DNA of 32,288 nt from contig DAOVJB010000001.1 of NCBI GenBank assembly GCA_030673425.1, forward strand, positions 1-32,288. The letters run 5' to 3'. The notes under the pieces are model-generated. The model was given only the letters and a program-made list of their open reading frames with translations, was not told where the DNA came from and did not search any database. Of the stretch, positions 1 to 7,156 are shown in pieces. The stretch comes from Elusimicrobiota bacterium (lineage in GTDB: Bacteria; CAYTYR01; UBA6262; DAOVJB01). A program made the position numbers and the translations under genes. Position 1 is the stretch's first letter. Each line of letters opens with the position of its first letter.

Positions 1-2
1 CT

Positions 3-182
3 TACACTGTCATAAAAGGTGATTGTTTATGGAACATAGCCAAGAAACCAGAGATTTACGATAATCCTTTAGAATGGCCAAGGATATACAAAGCCAACCA
101 GGATAAAATAAAAGACTCTGATTTGATATTTCCAGGACAAATATTTGTTATTCCAAGAGATATTTTAACTGAAGTAAAATAA
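3..182 (+). CDS. LysM domain protein, C-terminal fragment (5' end outside window)
   Basis: Frame 3 is open from the window edge to TAA at 180-182. Translation YTVIKGDCLWNIAKKPEIYDNPLEWPRIYKANQDKIKDSDLIFPGQIFVIPR fits the LysM/YgaU-type pattern (YTV-KGD-LW-IA ... PGQ-x-x-IP). Confidence 0.7.
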   Translation, partial: YTVIKGDCLWNIAKKPEIYDNPLEWPRIYKANQDKIKDSDLIFPGQIFVIPRDILTEVK

Positions 183-204
183 TATATGATATAAGGAGTC
201 TATA

Positions 205-792
205 ATGAAGAAATCAATCCTACTGTTCAGTCTGTTATTAGTAGTATTGATATTAAATCCTCTTTATTTAAGAGCAGAGGTAAAGAATGAAATATCGATA
301 ACAGCAGTGGAAGTTAAAAACTCAACTGCTACTATTACCATAAATAACTGTTTGAAGATTGAAGACATTCAACTTGTTTATGATGAAGAAAGTAAGAATT
401 ATCTTAAGTTTCCTGAATATATTGATAAAGATGCCAAAACTGTCCCTTATGTAACAGTATTAAATGATGAAGCAAAAAATATAATTGAAGAGGCTGTATA
501 TAATAACAAACCTTCAGATAAGGTAATAAAGAGTATAAATTATAAAATCGCTGATATTACTCTATACGAAGATGAAAAAAGTAATATTAAAGCTTTAGCA
601 ATTGTAGTATTTAACGAGGCTATTTCTGTTGAGGTAAGGGTATTAGAAACAGAAGGTAAATTATGGGTTATGTGGCCAATGAGAAAAGACAAAGAAACTA
701 ATCAATGGGTAAAACAGATAGAGGTTACCAAGAAACCTATAAGAGATATGATAGAAAAAATAATTATTAAGAAATATAAGAAATTAATATAA
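205..792 (+). CDS. Secreted hypothetical protein with two SpoVG-like repeats
   Basis: RBS AAGGAG lies upstream. The N-terminus MKKSILLFSLLLVVLILNPLYLRA|EV looks like a Sec signal peptide. The second half (YKIADITLYEDEKSNIKALAIVVFNEAISVEVRVLETEGKLWVMWPMRKDKETNQWVKQIEVTKKPIRDMIEKIIIKKY) resembles the SpoVG fold pattern (ITDVRL..KA.ASV.F...F.V.D.RV..G..GLFVAMPS.K...G...D...P....R..I...I). The first half (ISITAVEVKNSTATITINNCLKIEDIQLV...) is a weaker copy. Confidence 0.5.
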   Translation: MKKSILLFSLLLVVLILNPLYLRAEVKNEISITAVEVKNSTATITINNCLKIEDIQLVYDEESKNYLKFPEYIDKDAKTVPYVTVLNDEAKNIIEEAVYNNKPSDKVIKSINYKIADITLYEDEKSNIKALAIVVFNEAISVEVRVLETEGKLWVMWPMRKDKETNQWVKQIEVTKKPIRDMIEKIIIKKYKKLI

Positions 793-820
793 AATATAAC
801 TCTTTAAAAAAACAATCTTT

Positions 821-857
821 AATCTGCTGATATTTAGGTATTAGCAGATTTTATTTT
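821..857 (+). terminator. Rho-independent terminator after the SpoVG-like gene
   Basis: 10-bp stem aatctgctga / ttagcagatt (821-830 with 841-850, one G-U pair), 10-nt loop, then ttatttt. Confidence 0.6.
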
Positions 858-1002
858 ATCAAATATAGACAACTTATGGTAAAATGGTAATAGTAAACTG
901 AAAATATGTTAAAAACTGTTAGGAGCTAAAAATATATTTGCGATATAACGAATATTATGATATAAAAAAACAAAGCGGTAAATACAGATTACAGGGGGAT
1001 TC

Positions 1003-1404
1003 GTGCTTAAACGCTTTCAGATATCTACTGAGTTACAGACAGAACTTATAGACATTACCTCAAATATCGAGAAGCTAATAAAGGATAGTAAGGTAACAGA
1101 AGGTATCTGTTCTGTTTTCGTGCCACATACCACAGCAGGTATCGTGATAAACGAGAATGCTGATCCTTCGGTTAAAAGAGACTTTTTAGTTGAGTTGAAT
1201 AAAATGGTTCCTGACAGGGAATACTATACCCATGCCGAGGGTAATTCCTCCGCTCATATTAAGACTAATCTGGTCGGCTCTTCAGAAACAATATTTATTG
1301 AAGACGGTAGGTTACTATTAGGGACATGGCAGGGGATATTTTTTTGTGAGTTTGACGGACCCCGCACCAGAAGCGTCTGGGTAAAGATTGTAAAAGAAAA
1401 GTAA
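1003..1404 (+). CDS. yjbQ: YjbQ/UPF0047 family protein (secondary thiamine-phosphate synthase-like)
   Basis: GTG start preceded by AGGGGGA. Translation ...ITSNIEKLIKDSKVTEGICSVFVPHTTAGIVINENADPSVKRDF...HIKTNLVGSSETIFIEDGRLLLGTWQGIFFCEFDGPRTR is typical of the YjbQ family. Confidence 0.85.
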   Translation: MLKRFQISTELQTELIDITSNIEKLIKDSKVTEGICSVFVPHTTAGIVINENADPSVKRDFLVELNKMVPDREYYTHAEGNSSAHIKTNLVGSSETIFIEDGRLLLGTWQGIFFCEFDGPRTRSVWVKIVKEK

Positions 1405-1422
1405 TAAGTTTCGGAGTTTACC

Positions 1423-2304
1423 ATGCAGTTAAAATACATAGAACCTGTAATTAATGTTGCCTTGAAAGAAGACGAAGTCTTAAATGATATAACTACAAGA
1501 TCAATTATCCAGGGTAAAATTAAGGTTAAAAGTAGAATTATTGTTAAAGAAAACGGCATAGTCTGCGGTCTCGATGTAGCAAGAGAAGTTTTTAATATTA
1601 TAGAGAGAAAATGCAGGATAAATAAGAAAGATAAAGTAAAATTTATCCTAAAAGTTAAGGATAAAGATAAAGTAAAGAAGAACCAGATAATAGCAGAAGT
1701 TTACGGTTTAGCCGGAACAATATTAGCCGCCGAAAGAGTGGCTTTGAACTTCTTGCAGAGATTATCAGGTATTGCCAGTTTTACCAATAAATATGTAAGA
1801 TTAATAAAACCCTATAATGTGAAAATTTATGACACAAGAAAAACAACCCCCGGGCTGAGGTATTTAGAGAAATATGCTGTAAGATGCGGTGGCGGATATA
1901 ACCACAGAATGAATTTAAGAGATATGGTGCTGATTAAAGATAATCACCTTAAGGTATTAAGCGACAAATTACTGCTTGCGGATGTTATAAAAAAAATAAG
2001 AAAAAAAATACCAAGAAAAATACAGATTGAGGTAGAAACAGAAAACCTTGGGCAGATAAGGGAAGCATTGGATGCCCAAGCGGATGTTATTATGCTTGAT
2101 AACATGAATATAAAGAGATTAGAAGAAGCACTCAATCTCATAAAGGCGATGAGATATAACGACAAACCTCTTGTTGAGGTATCCGGCGGGGTAAATTTAA
2201 GTAATATAAAAACAATAGCCGCCTTAGGTGTAGATAGAATATCAATAGGCGCTTTAACCCATTCTTCGCAGGCTCTTGATATTAGTTTGGAAATAACAGG
2301 GTGA
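1423..2304 (+). CDS. nadC: Nicotinate-nucleotide diphosphorylase (carboxylating), quinolinate phosphoribosyltransferase
   Basis: Family hallmarks present: AERVALNFLQRLSGIA, DTRKTTPGLR, YAVRCGGGYNHR, LIKDNH, IEVE, IMLDNM, SGG. Confidence 0.95.
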   Translation: MQLKYIEPVINVALKEDEVLNDITTRSIIQGKIKVKSRIIVKENGIVCGLDVAREVFNIIERKCRINKKDKVKFILKVKDKDKVKKNQIIAEVYGLAGTILAAERVALNFLQRLSGIASFTNKYVRLIKPYNVKIYDTRKTTPGLRYLEKYAVRCGGGYNHRMNLRDMVLIKDNHLKVLSDKLLLADVIKKIRKKIPRKIQIEVETENLGQIREALDAQADVIMLDNMNIKRLEEALNLIKAMRYNDKPLVEVSGGVNLSNIKTIAALGVDRISIGALTHSSQALDISLEITG

Positions 2305-3302
2305 CAATGAAGGTAACCGGGAAAATATTACAGATTCTCAAGGGTAACATGGATAAATTTGTTTCCGGGGAACAGCTGGGAATAAAATTTAAGATTTCCC
2401 GTACAGCTATATGGAAAAGTATACAGAGACTTAGGGCTAAAGGTTACAGAATCACAGCTCATAAGAAAGAAGGATATAAATTAATAAGCGTTCCTGATTT
2501 CCTGTTGCCTCAGGAAATCCAGGATGGGTTAAAAACGAAGTTTATCGGCAAAAATATCTATTATTTCAGAAAAATACCTTCGACCAATGAGCACGCAAAG
2601 AAGCTCGCTATGAAAGGTATAGAAGAAGGTACGGTAGTAATAGCCGAAAGACAAACAAGAGGCAAGGGCCGTTTGGGACGTCACTGGGCATCCCCCGCAG
2701 GCGGTATATGGCTTTCTGTTATTTTGCGACCTAAATTCACACCCCAGGATGCCCCGATAATTACAATGGCAGCGACATTGGCTGTTGCAAGAGCAATAGA
2801 GGAAGTAACGGAAATTAATGCTAAGATAAAGTGGCCTAATGACGTAGTTATAGAAGTAAAGAAAAAAAGCCAAACAAAAAAGCCACAGGTTAAAAAAGTC
2901 TGTGGTATATTAACAGAAATGGCTGCGGAGATAGCCAGAATTAACTATGTTATAGTAGGAATAGGAATTAATGTTAACAACAAGATACCCAGGGACTTAA
3001 GGAGTATCGCTTGTGGCTTGAATGAACAGCAGTATGATATTAACCGTTCCCTGCTGGCTAAAAGATTATTGGAGAAACTGGAATATTATTATTGTTTAAT
3101 GCTTGAGAAGAGGTCAGCTCATATCATAAAAGAATGCAGAAAGCTATCGGTAATTCTGGGTGAGATGGTAAAAGTCCGCTTCCCTGATAGAATAATTACC
3201 GGCAGGGCCATAAATATAAATGACAAAGGTTCGTTAATATTGAAGTTAAAAAATAATACCAGACAGGAAATAATTGCTGGAGATATAAGTCTTAGGAGGT
3301 AA
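2301..3302 (+). CDS. birA: Bifunctional biotin--[acetyl-CoA-carboxylase] ligase / biotin operon repressor BirA
   Basis: N-terminal winged HTH (SGEQLGIKFKISRTAIWKSIQRLRAKGY). Biotin-binding loop GKGRLGRHWASPAGG. KWPND motif. GTG 2301 overlaps the nadC stop; ATG 2307 is an alternative start. Confidence 0.93.
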   Translation: MTMKVTGKILQILKGNMDKFVSGEQLGIKFKISRTAIWKSIQRLRAKGYRITAHKKEGYKLISVPDFLLPQEIQDGLKTKFIGKNIYYFRKIPSTNEHAKKLAMKGIEEGTVVIAERQTRGKGRLGRHWASPAGGIWLSVILRPKFTPQDAPIITMAATLAVARAIEEVTEINAKIKWPNDVVIEVKKKSQTKKPQVKKVCGILTEMAAEIARINYVIVGIGINVNNKIPRDLRSIACGLNEQQYDINRSLLAKRLLEKLEYYYCLMLEKRSAHIIKECRKLSVILGEMVKVRFPDRIITGRAININDKGSLILKLKNNTRQEIIAGDISLRR

Positions 3303-3309
3303 TATAAAT

Positions 3310-3909
3310 ATGAAATTGTTACGAACTATAGGAATTACAGCGGTTTTATTATTTTTATCAGTAAACTTGAATGCGGAAACATCTAAACTTAAACAGGAGG
3401 CTTTTTCTATGCCAGAAGATCCGGTGATAATCATGAAAACAAACGAGGGAGCAATAGAAATAAAACTTTTCCCCAAAGTTGCTCCAAAAGCTTGTGAAAA
3501 CTTTATCCGTCTTGCCCAGAAAGGTTATTATGACGGAATAATTTTTCACAGGGTTATTAAAAATTTTATGATTCAGGGTGGAGATCCTACAGGCACTGGC
3601 AGGGGGGGAACAAGTATATGGGGGGAACCTTTTGAGGATGAGGTATCAAAGGATGTTAAATTTGACAAACCCGGGTTGCTTGCTATGGCTAATGCAGGGC
3701 CTGGTACTAACGGCAGCCAGTTTTTTATAACCACAATCAAAACCCCGTGGCTCAATATGCGACACACAATATTTGGTGAAGTCATTAAAGGTTATGAGAT
3801 AGTACAGAAAATTGAAAATGTAAAAAAGGGACCCGGTGATAGACCGATAGAAGAACAGAAAATACTCAAGATGTACTTAAAGAAATCAGAAAAGAAAAAA
3901 GGCAAATGA
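3310..3909 (+). CDS. Peptidyl-prolyl cis-trans isomerase, cyclophilin type, with signal peptide (periplasmic)
   Basis: Signal peptide MKLLRTIGITAVLLFLSVNLNA|E. Cyclophilin motifs FHRVIKNFMIQGGDPTGTG, GLLAMANAGPGTNGSQFFIT, HTIFGEV. Confidence 0.93.
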   Translation: MKLLRTIGITAVLLFLSVNLNAETSKLKQEAFSMPEDPVIIMKTNEGAIEIKLFPKVAPKACENFIRLAQKGYYDGIIFHRVIKNFMIQGGDPTGTGRGGTSIWGEPFEDEVSKDVKFDKPGLLAMANAGPGTNGSQFFITTIKTPWLNMRHTIFGEVIKGYEIVQKIENVKKGPGDRPIEEQKILKMYLKKSEKKKGK

Positions 3910-3924
3910 TAAGGAGATTTTAAG

Positions 3925-5298
3925 ATGCGAAAAATAATAGCAGAGCGAAGAGGATTAAAACGGATAAAAATAGATTTACCCATTAGGTATTGTTATCATG
4001 ATATTATGGGGCCAGCAGCTTCTAGAGAAGCAACTGCACTCGATATAAGCTCAGGTGGGATTTCATTTAAGGTAGGGGAGACTTTTTCACTTTCTACCAT
4101 ATTGAAAGTTGAGGTAGACCTTCCTGCATTTCCAAAGCCGGTTGAGATTTTGGTAAAAGTCGTAAGAGTGGAACAAACTGATAAAGAAAATAATTTTATT
4201 GTAGGAACTACTATTACACGTATTAACGAGCAAGACAAACAAAAGATAACTATCTATTTTGAACAAGCTGACATTCTTGAATTATTTCAGGCAACAGTAG
4301 ATGCCCTAGCCTCTGATTTGCATTTATCTGTAAACCATCCTCCCATATTGCGTGTCGGAGGAGAGTTGCAGCCTATACGTAATAAAGGAGTATATAATTC
4401 AATGGATTTAAAACGCATTATTTATAGTATTATGACTGAAGAGCAAATAAAGTTTTTTGAAGAAAACCTGGAATTAGATTTCTCCTATTCTGTTTCTCCT
4501 ATTATTCGTTTTCGTGTTAATGTGCATTTACAAAGAGGTAATGTAGAAGCAGCTTTTAGAAGAATTGAGGCACGAATTAAAACTATACAGGAGCTCGGCT
4601 TACCAACGGTAGTGGCTGACTTGGCAAGAAAAAGAAGAGGAATAGTCCTTTTGACAGGAGCTACCGGCAGTGGGAAAACCACGACCATGACAGCTATGGT
4701 TGACTTAATTAATTCTGAAAGGGAATGTTTAATTATAACTCTGGAGGACCCAATTGAGTATGTTCACGTATATAAGAAGAGTATAATTAAGCAAAGAGAG
4801 ATTGGTATGGATACTAAATCATTTGCTACTGCACTAAGGCATGCGATGCGTCAGGATCCGGACGTTATTGTAGTAGGAGAAATTCGTGATTTAGAAACAA
4901 TCTCTACAGCTTTAGCAGCGGCAGAAACAGGCCATCTTATTATAGCGACTTTGCCTTCCTACGATGCTGCTCAATCTATTAGCCATATTGTACATATGTT
5001 CCCTGCACAGCAACAGAGACAGATCAGATTACAACTAGCTGATACTCTACAGGGTATCGTTAACCAGGTTTTGTTACCACGAGCAGACAATCCCTTTGAA
5101 CGCGTAGTAGCTACTGAAACCTTGATTACAACGTCAGCGGTGCGTAATATTATCCGTGAACAAAGATTAGAACAATTACCTTACATTATTCAAACAGGTT
5201 CGCAGTTTGGCATGCATACTATGCAGAATTCATTAGAAAGATTACATAATAAAGGAATAATAACTAAAGAATCAATGATGAAGCGTTCCAAGAGTTAA
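3925..5298 (+). CDS. pilT: PilZ domain-fused type IV pilus twitching-motility (retraction) ATPase PilT
   Basis: aa 1-~110 form a PilZ domain with RxxxR (R9-GLK-R13) and DxSxxG (D40-ISSGG). aa ~115-457 form a full PilT: ASDLHL N-domain, Walker A GATGSGKTT, Asp box ITLEDPIEY, Walker B DPDVIVVGEIRD, His box TGHLIIATLPS, C-terminal AVRNIIRE. Confidence 0.9.
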   Translation: MRKIIAERRGLKRIKIDLPIRYCYHDIMGPAASREATALDISSGGISFKVGETFSLSTILKVEVDLPAFPKPVEILVKVVRVEQTDKENNFIVGTTITRINEQDKQKITIYFEQADILELFQATVDALASDLHLSVNHPPILRVGGELQPIRNKGVYNSMDLKRIIYSIMTEEQIKFFEENLELDFSYSVSPIIRFRVNVHLQRGNVEAAFRRIEARIKTIQELGLPTVVADLARKRRGIVLLTGATGSGKTTTMTAMVDLINSERECLIITLEDPIEYVHVYKKSIIKQREIGMDTKSFATALRHAMRQDPDVIVVGEIRDLETISTALAAAETGHLIIATLPSYDAAQSISHIVHMFPAQQQRQIRLQLADTLQGIVNQVLLPRADNPFERVVATETLITTSAVRNIIREQRLEQLPYIIQTGSQFGMHTMQNSLERLHNKGIITKESMMKRSKS

Positions 5299-5334
5299 CA
5301 GGCACAAATTTTTATCTAAAAGGAGAGTATAGAT

Positions 5335-6615
5335 ATGAAACAAAAAGATAAAAAAGTACTTTTGATAGACGATTCTATTTTTGCGCATACTGTTGTGAAG
5401 GATTTATTTGATGGGCATGAATTTGACCTGGTTGCTGCTGCAATAGACGGTGAAAAGGGGGTAGAATTATTTAAGGAAACAAAACCCGATGTTGTTCTTC
5501 TTGACATTGTTCTTCCCGGAAAGCAGGGGGATGAGATTTTAGAGGATATATTAAAGATTAACTCGGACGCCAAAATTATAATGGTCAGTTCTTTGGCTAC
5601 TGAAAACAAGATATTGAAATGCCTCAGAAAAGGAGCCAAGAACTTTGTTCCTAAGCCTTTCGAAAAGCAAGAGCTGATTAACGCAATAGAAGAAGTAACT
5701 AAAACAGGAGCGGTATCATATTCAGTGGTATCTGTATTAAAAGATGCAAACATCGGCGGTAAGTTCTTCGGTCAATATCTTCTGGCTAAAAATAAAATCA
5801 CCTCCCAAGAGTTGGAGGCTGCCCTTAAATATCAAAAAGAAAAGAATTTGACTCTTGAGACTATTTGCAAGAGGGAAGGGTTGCTTAATGAAGATGAGGC
5901 CAAGCAGGTTCATAATGTGCAGAAGGAATTTCCGGATAAGAGCTTTGCAGAAATCGTTGTAGAGAAAAACTTTTTGGACCAGGAAACATTAGAGGATGTC
6001 ATAAAGGAGCAGAAGAAAAATCAGGTTTATTTAGGTCAGGCTCTGGTGGGTGTCGGGGCAGTGTCTCAAGAAGAGATAAATCAGGAACTTAAAAATTATA
6101 AAGAAGAACAGGACAGGATTGAGGGAGAAATAGTCTATAACCTCTACAAGCTTGAGGATAAGGATGCAGTTAAAATATTTGTGAGCTTTACCGTAAATGC
6201 GATTAAGCTATTTGAGCAGATGCTCGGGATTCCTGTTAAGATGAACAGGTGTGTACCTTTAGCCGATTCATTTGAGACCAGGGAATACCTGATTGAACAG
6301 AAGGCGCACGGGGCGCTCAAGACATCTTTTCTTTTTAATTTTTCCAAAGAGATGGCCAGGTGTATATCTTCTGTTTTATTTTCAAAAGAGGTTACTAATG
6401 TAGATACCTATGGTATTGATGCATTAAAGGAGTTCCTGAATATAGTCAGCGGGAATTGTTGTTCCAAATTGAGTAATATCGGGGTGAATATCGAGATGAA
6501 AGCTCCTGAGCTATGGGTGGAAGGAACTTATCCGAAAAAAGGGAAGTTTACCTATGTTTCTCTGATCTCATCCGGGGGAGATTTTGAGATTTTGATGAAA
6601 CTGGATAAAGTATAG
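5335..6615 (+). CDS. Response regulator: REC + four MshEN/T2SSE_N-like 24-aa repeats + CheX/CheC-like C-terminal domain
   Basis: REC hallmarks: D12/D13, D57 in VVLLDIVLPG, S85/S86, K107 in PKPF. aa 144-255 carry four repeats fitting (R)LGxxLLxxGLLxxxxLxxxLxxQ in two pairs, each pair separated by 5 aa. aa ~275-426 resemble CheX (VKIFVSFTVNAIKLFEQMLG..., DALKEFLNIVSGNCCSKLSNIGVNIEMKAPE). Confidence 0.75.
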   Translation: MKQKDKKVLLIDDSIFAHTVVKDLFDGHEFDLVAAAIDGEKGVELFKETKPDVVLLDIVLPGKQGDEILEDILKINSDAKIIMVSSLATENKILKCLRKGAKNFVPKPFEKQELINAIEEVTKTGAVSYSVVSVLKDANIGGKFFGQYLLAKNKITSQELEAALKYQKEKNLTLETICKREGLLNEDEAKQVHNVQKEFPDKSFAEIVVEKNFLDQETLEDVIKEQKKNQVYLGQALVGVGAVSQEEINQELKNYKEEQDRIEGEIVYNLYKLEDKDAVKIFVSFTVNAIKLFEQMLGIPVKMNRCVPLADSFETREYLIEQKAHGALKTSFLFNFSKEMARCISSVLFSKEVTNVDTYGIDALKEFLNIVSGNCCSKLSNIGVNIEMKAPELWVEGTYPKKGKFTYVSLISSGGDFEILMKLDKV

Positions 6616-6661
6616 GGTAGAGGAAGAGGAAATAACACAGAAAATAAAAGGCGGAATAAAA

Positions 6662-7156
6662 ATGGCTAATTTTTCTTTTGATGTTGTATCTGAGGTGGAC
6701 TTACAGGAAGTTGATAATGCGGTTAATCAGGCAAAAAAAGAACTGCTTCAGAGATATGATTTTAAGAACTCCAAGTGCTCCATTGATTTTAACAGAAATG
6801 AAAAAAAGATAACTTTGATCGGAGACGATGACTTTAAACTCCGTGCTGTTAAAGATGTTTTAGCCACAAAAATGGTTAAAAGGGGTGTTAAACTTAAAGC
6901 TCTCCTGTTTAGAGAACCTCAGAAAGCATTTGAAGGGTCTTTGAGGCAACTTGTTGATATATCCGTAGGTATTGATAAGGAAAAAGCTAAGGAACTGGTT
7001 AAGATTATAAAAAAACTGAGATTAAAGGTGCAGGCTAGTATAGAAGGAGAAAAATTAAGAGTTTCTAGTCCTAAAAAAGATGACCTACAAGTAGTTATTG
7101 CGCATCTAAAAAGCATTGATTTTCCGTTAGCTCTTAGTTTTCGTAATTATAGATGA
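6662..7156 (+). CDS. yajQ: YajQ family (UPF0234) nucleotide / cyclic-di-GMP-binding protein
   Basis: Characteristic N-terminus MANFSFDVVSEVDLQEVDNAVNQAKKELLQRYDFKNS and a length of 164 aa. Confidence 0.9.
   Translation: MANFSFDVVSEVDLQEVDNAVNQAKKELLQRYDFKNSKCSIDFNRNEKKITLIGDDDFKLRAVKDVLATKMVKRGVKLKALLFREPQKAFEGSLRQLVDISVGIDKEKAKELVKIIKKLRLKVQASIEGEKLRVSSPKKDDLQVVIAHLKSIDFPLALSFRNYR

Noticed and set aside
938-966. Possible yjbQ promoter TTGCGA-17-TATAAA.
   Set aside because: The match is plausible, but in such AT-rich intergenic DNA many equally good hexamer pairs occur. It is not strong enough to list as a feature.
1254-1559. Antisense ORFs in the six-frame track. Examples: 1254-1559(-), 1944-2165(-), 2529-2873(-), 3246-3476(-), 3358-3549(-), 3573-3785(-), 3792-3983(-), 3996-4238(-), 4485-4688(-), 5316-5753(-), 6144-6347(-), 6919-7116(-), 8025-8297(-), 8700-8900(-), 12625-12819(-), 14172-14354(-), 15479-15688(-), 17164-17846(-) group, 17847-18077(-), 18005-18190(+), 19326-19631(-), 19752-19991(-), 20596-21104(-), 21395-21715(-), 23828-24232(-), 25181-25432(-), 26093-26350(-), 27202-27703(-), 30753-30935(-), 31069-31263(-), 31630-32117(-).
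   Set aside because: Each lies fully or mostly inside a strongly supported gene on the opposite strand or in another frame. Their compositions are low-complexity (Ser/Leu/Ile/Phe-rich) as expected from reading AT-rich coding DNA out of frame. None has a recognisable motif or RBS.
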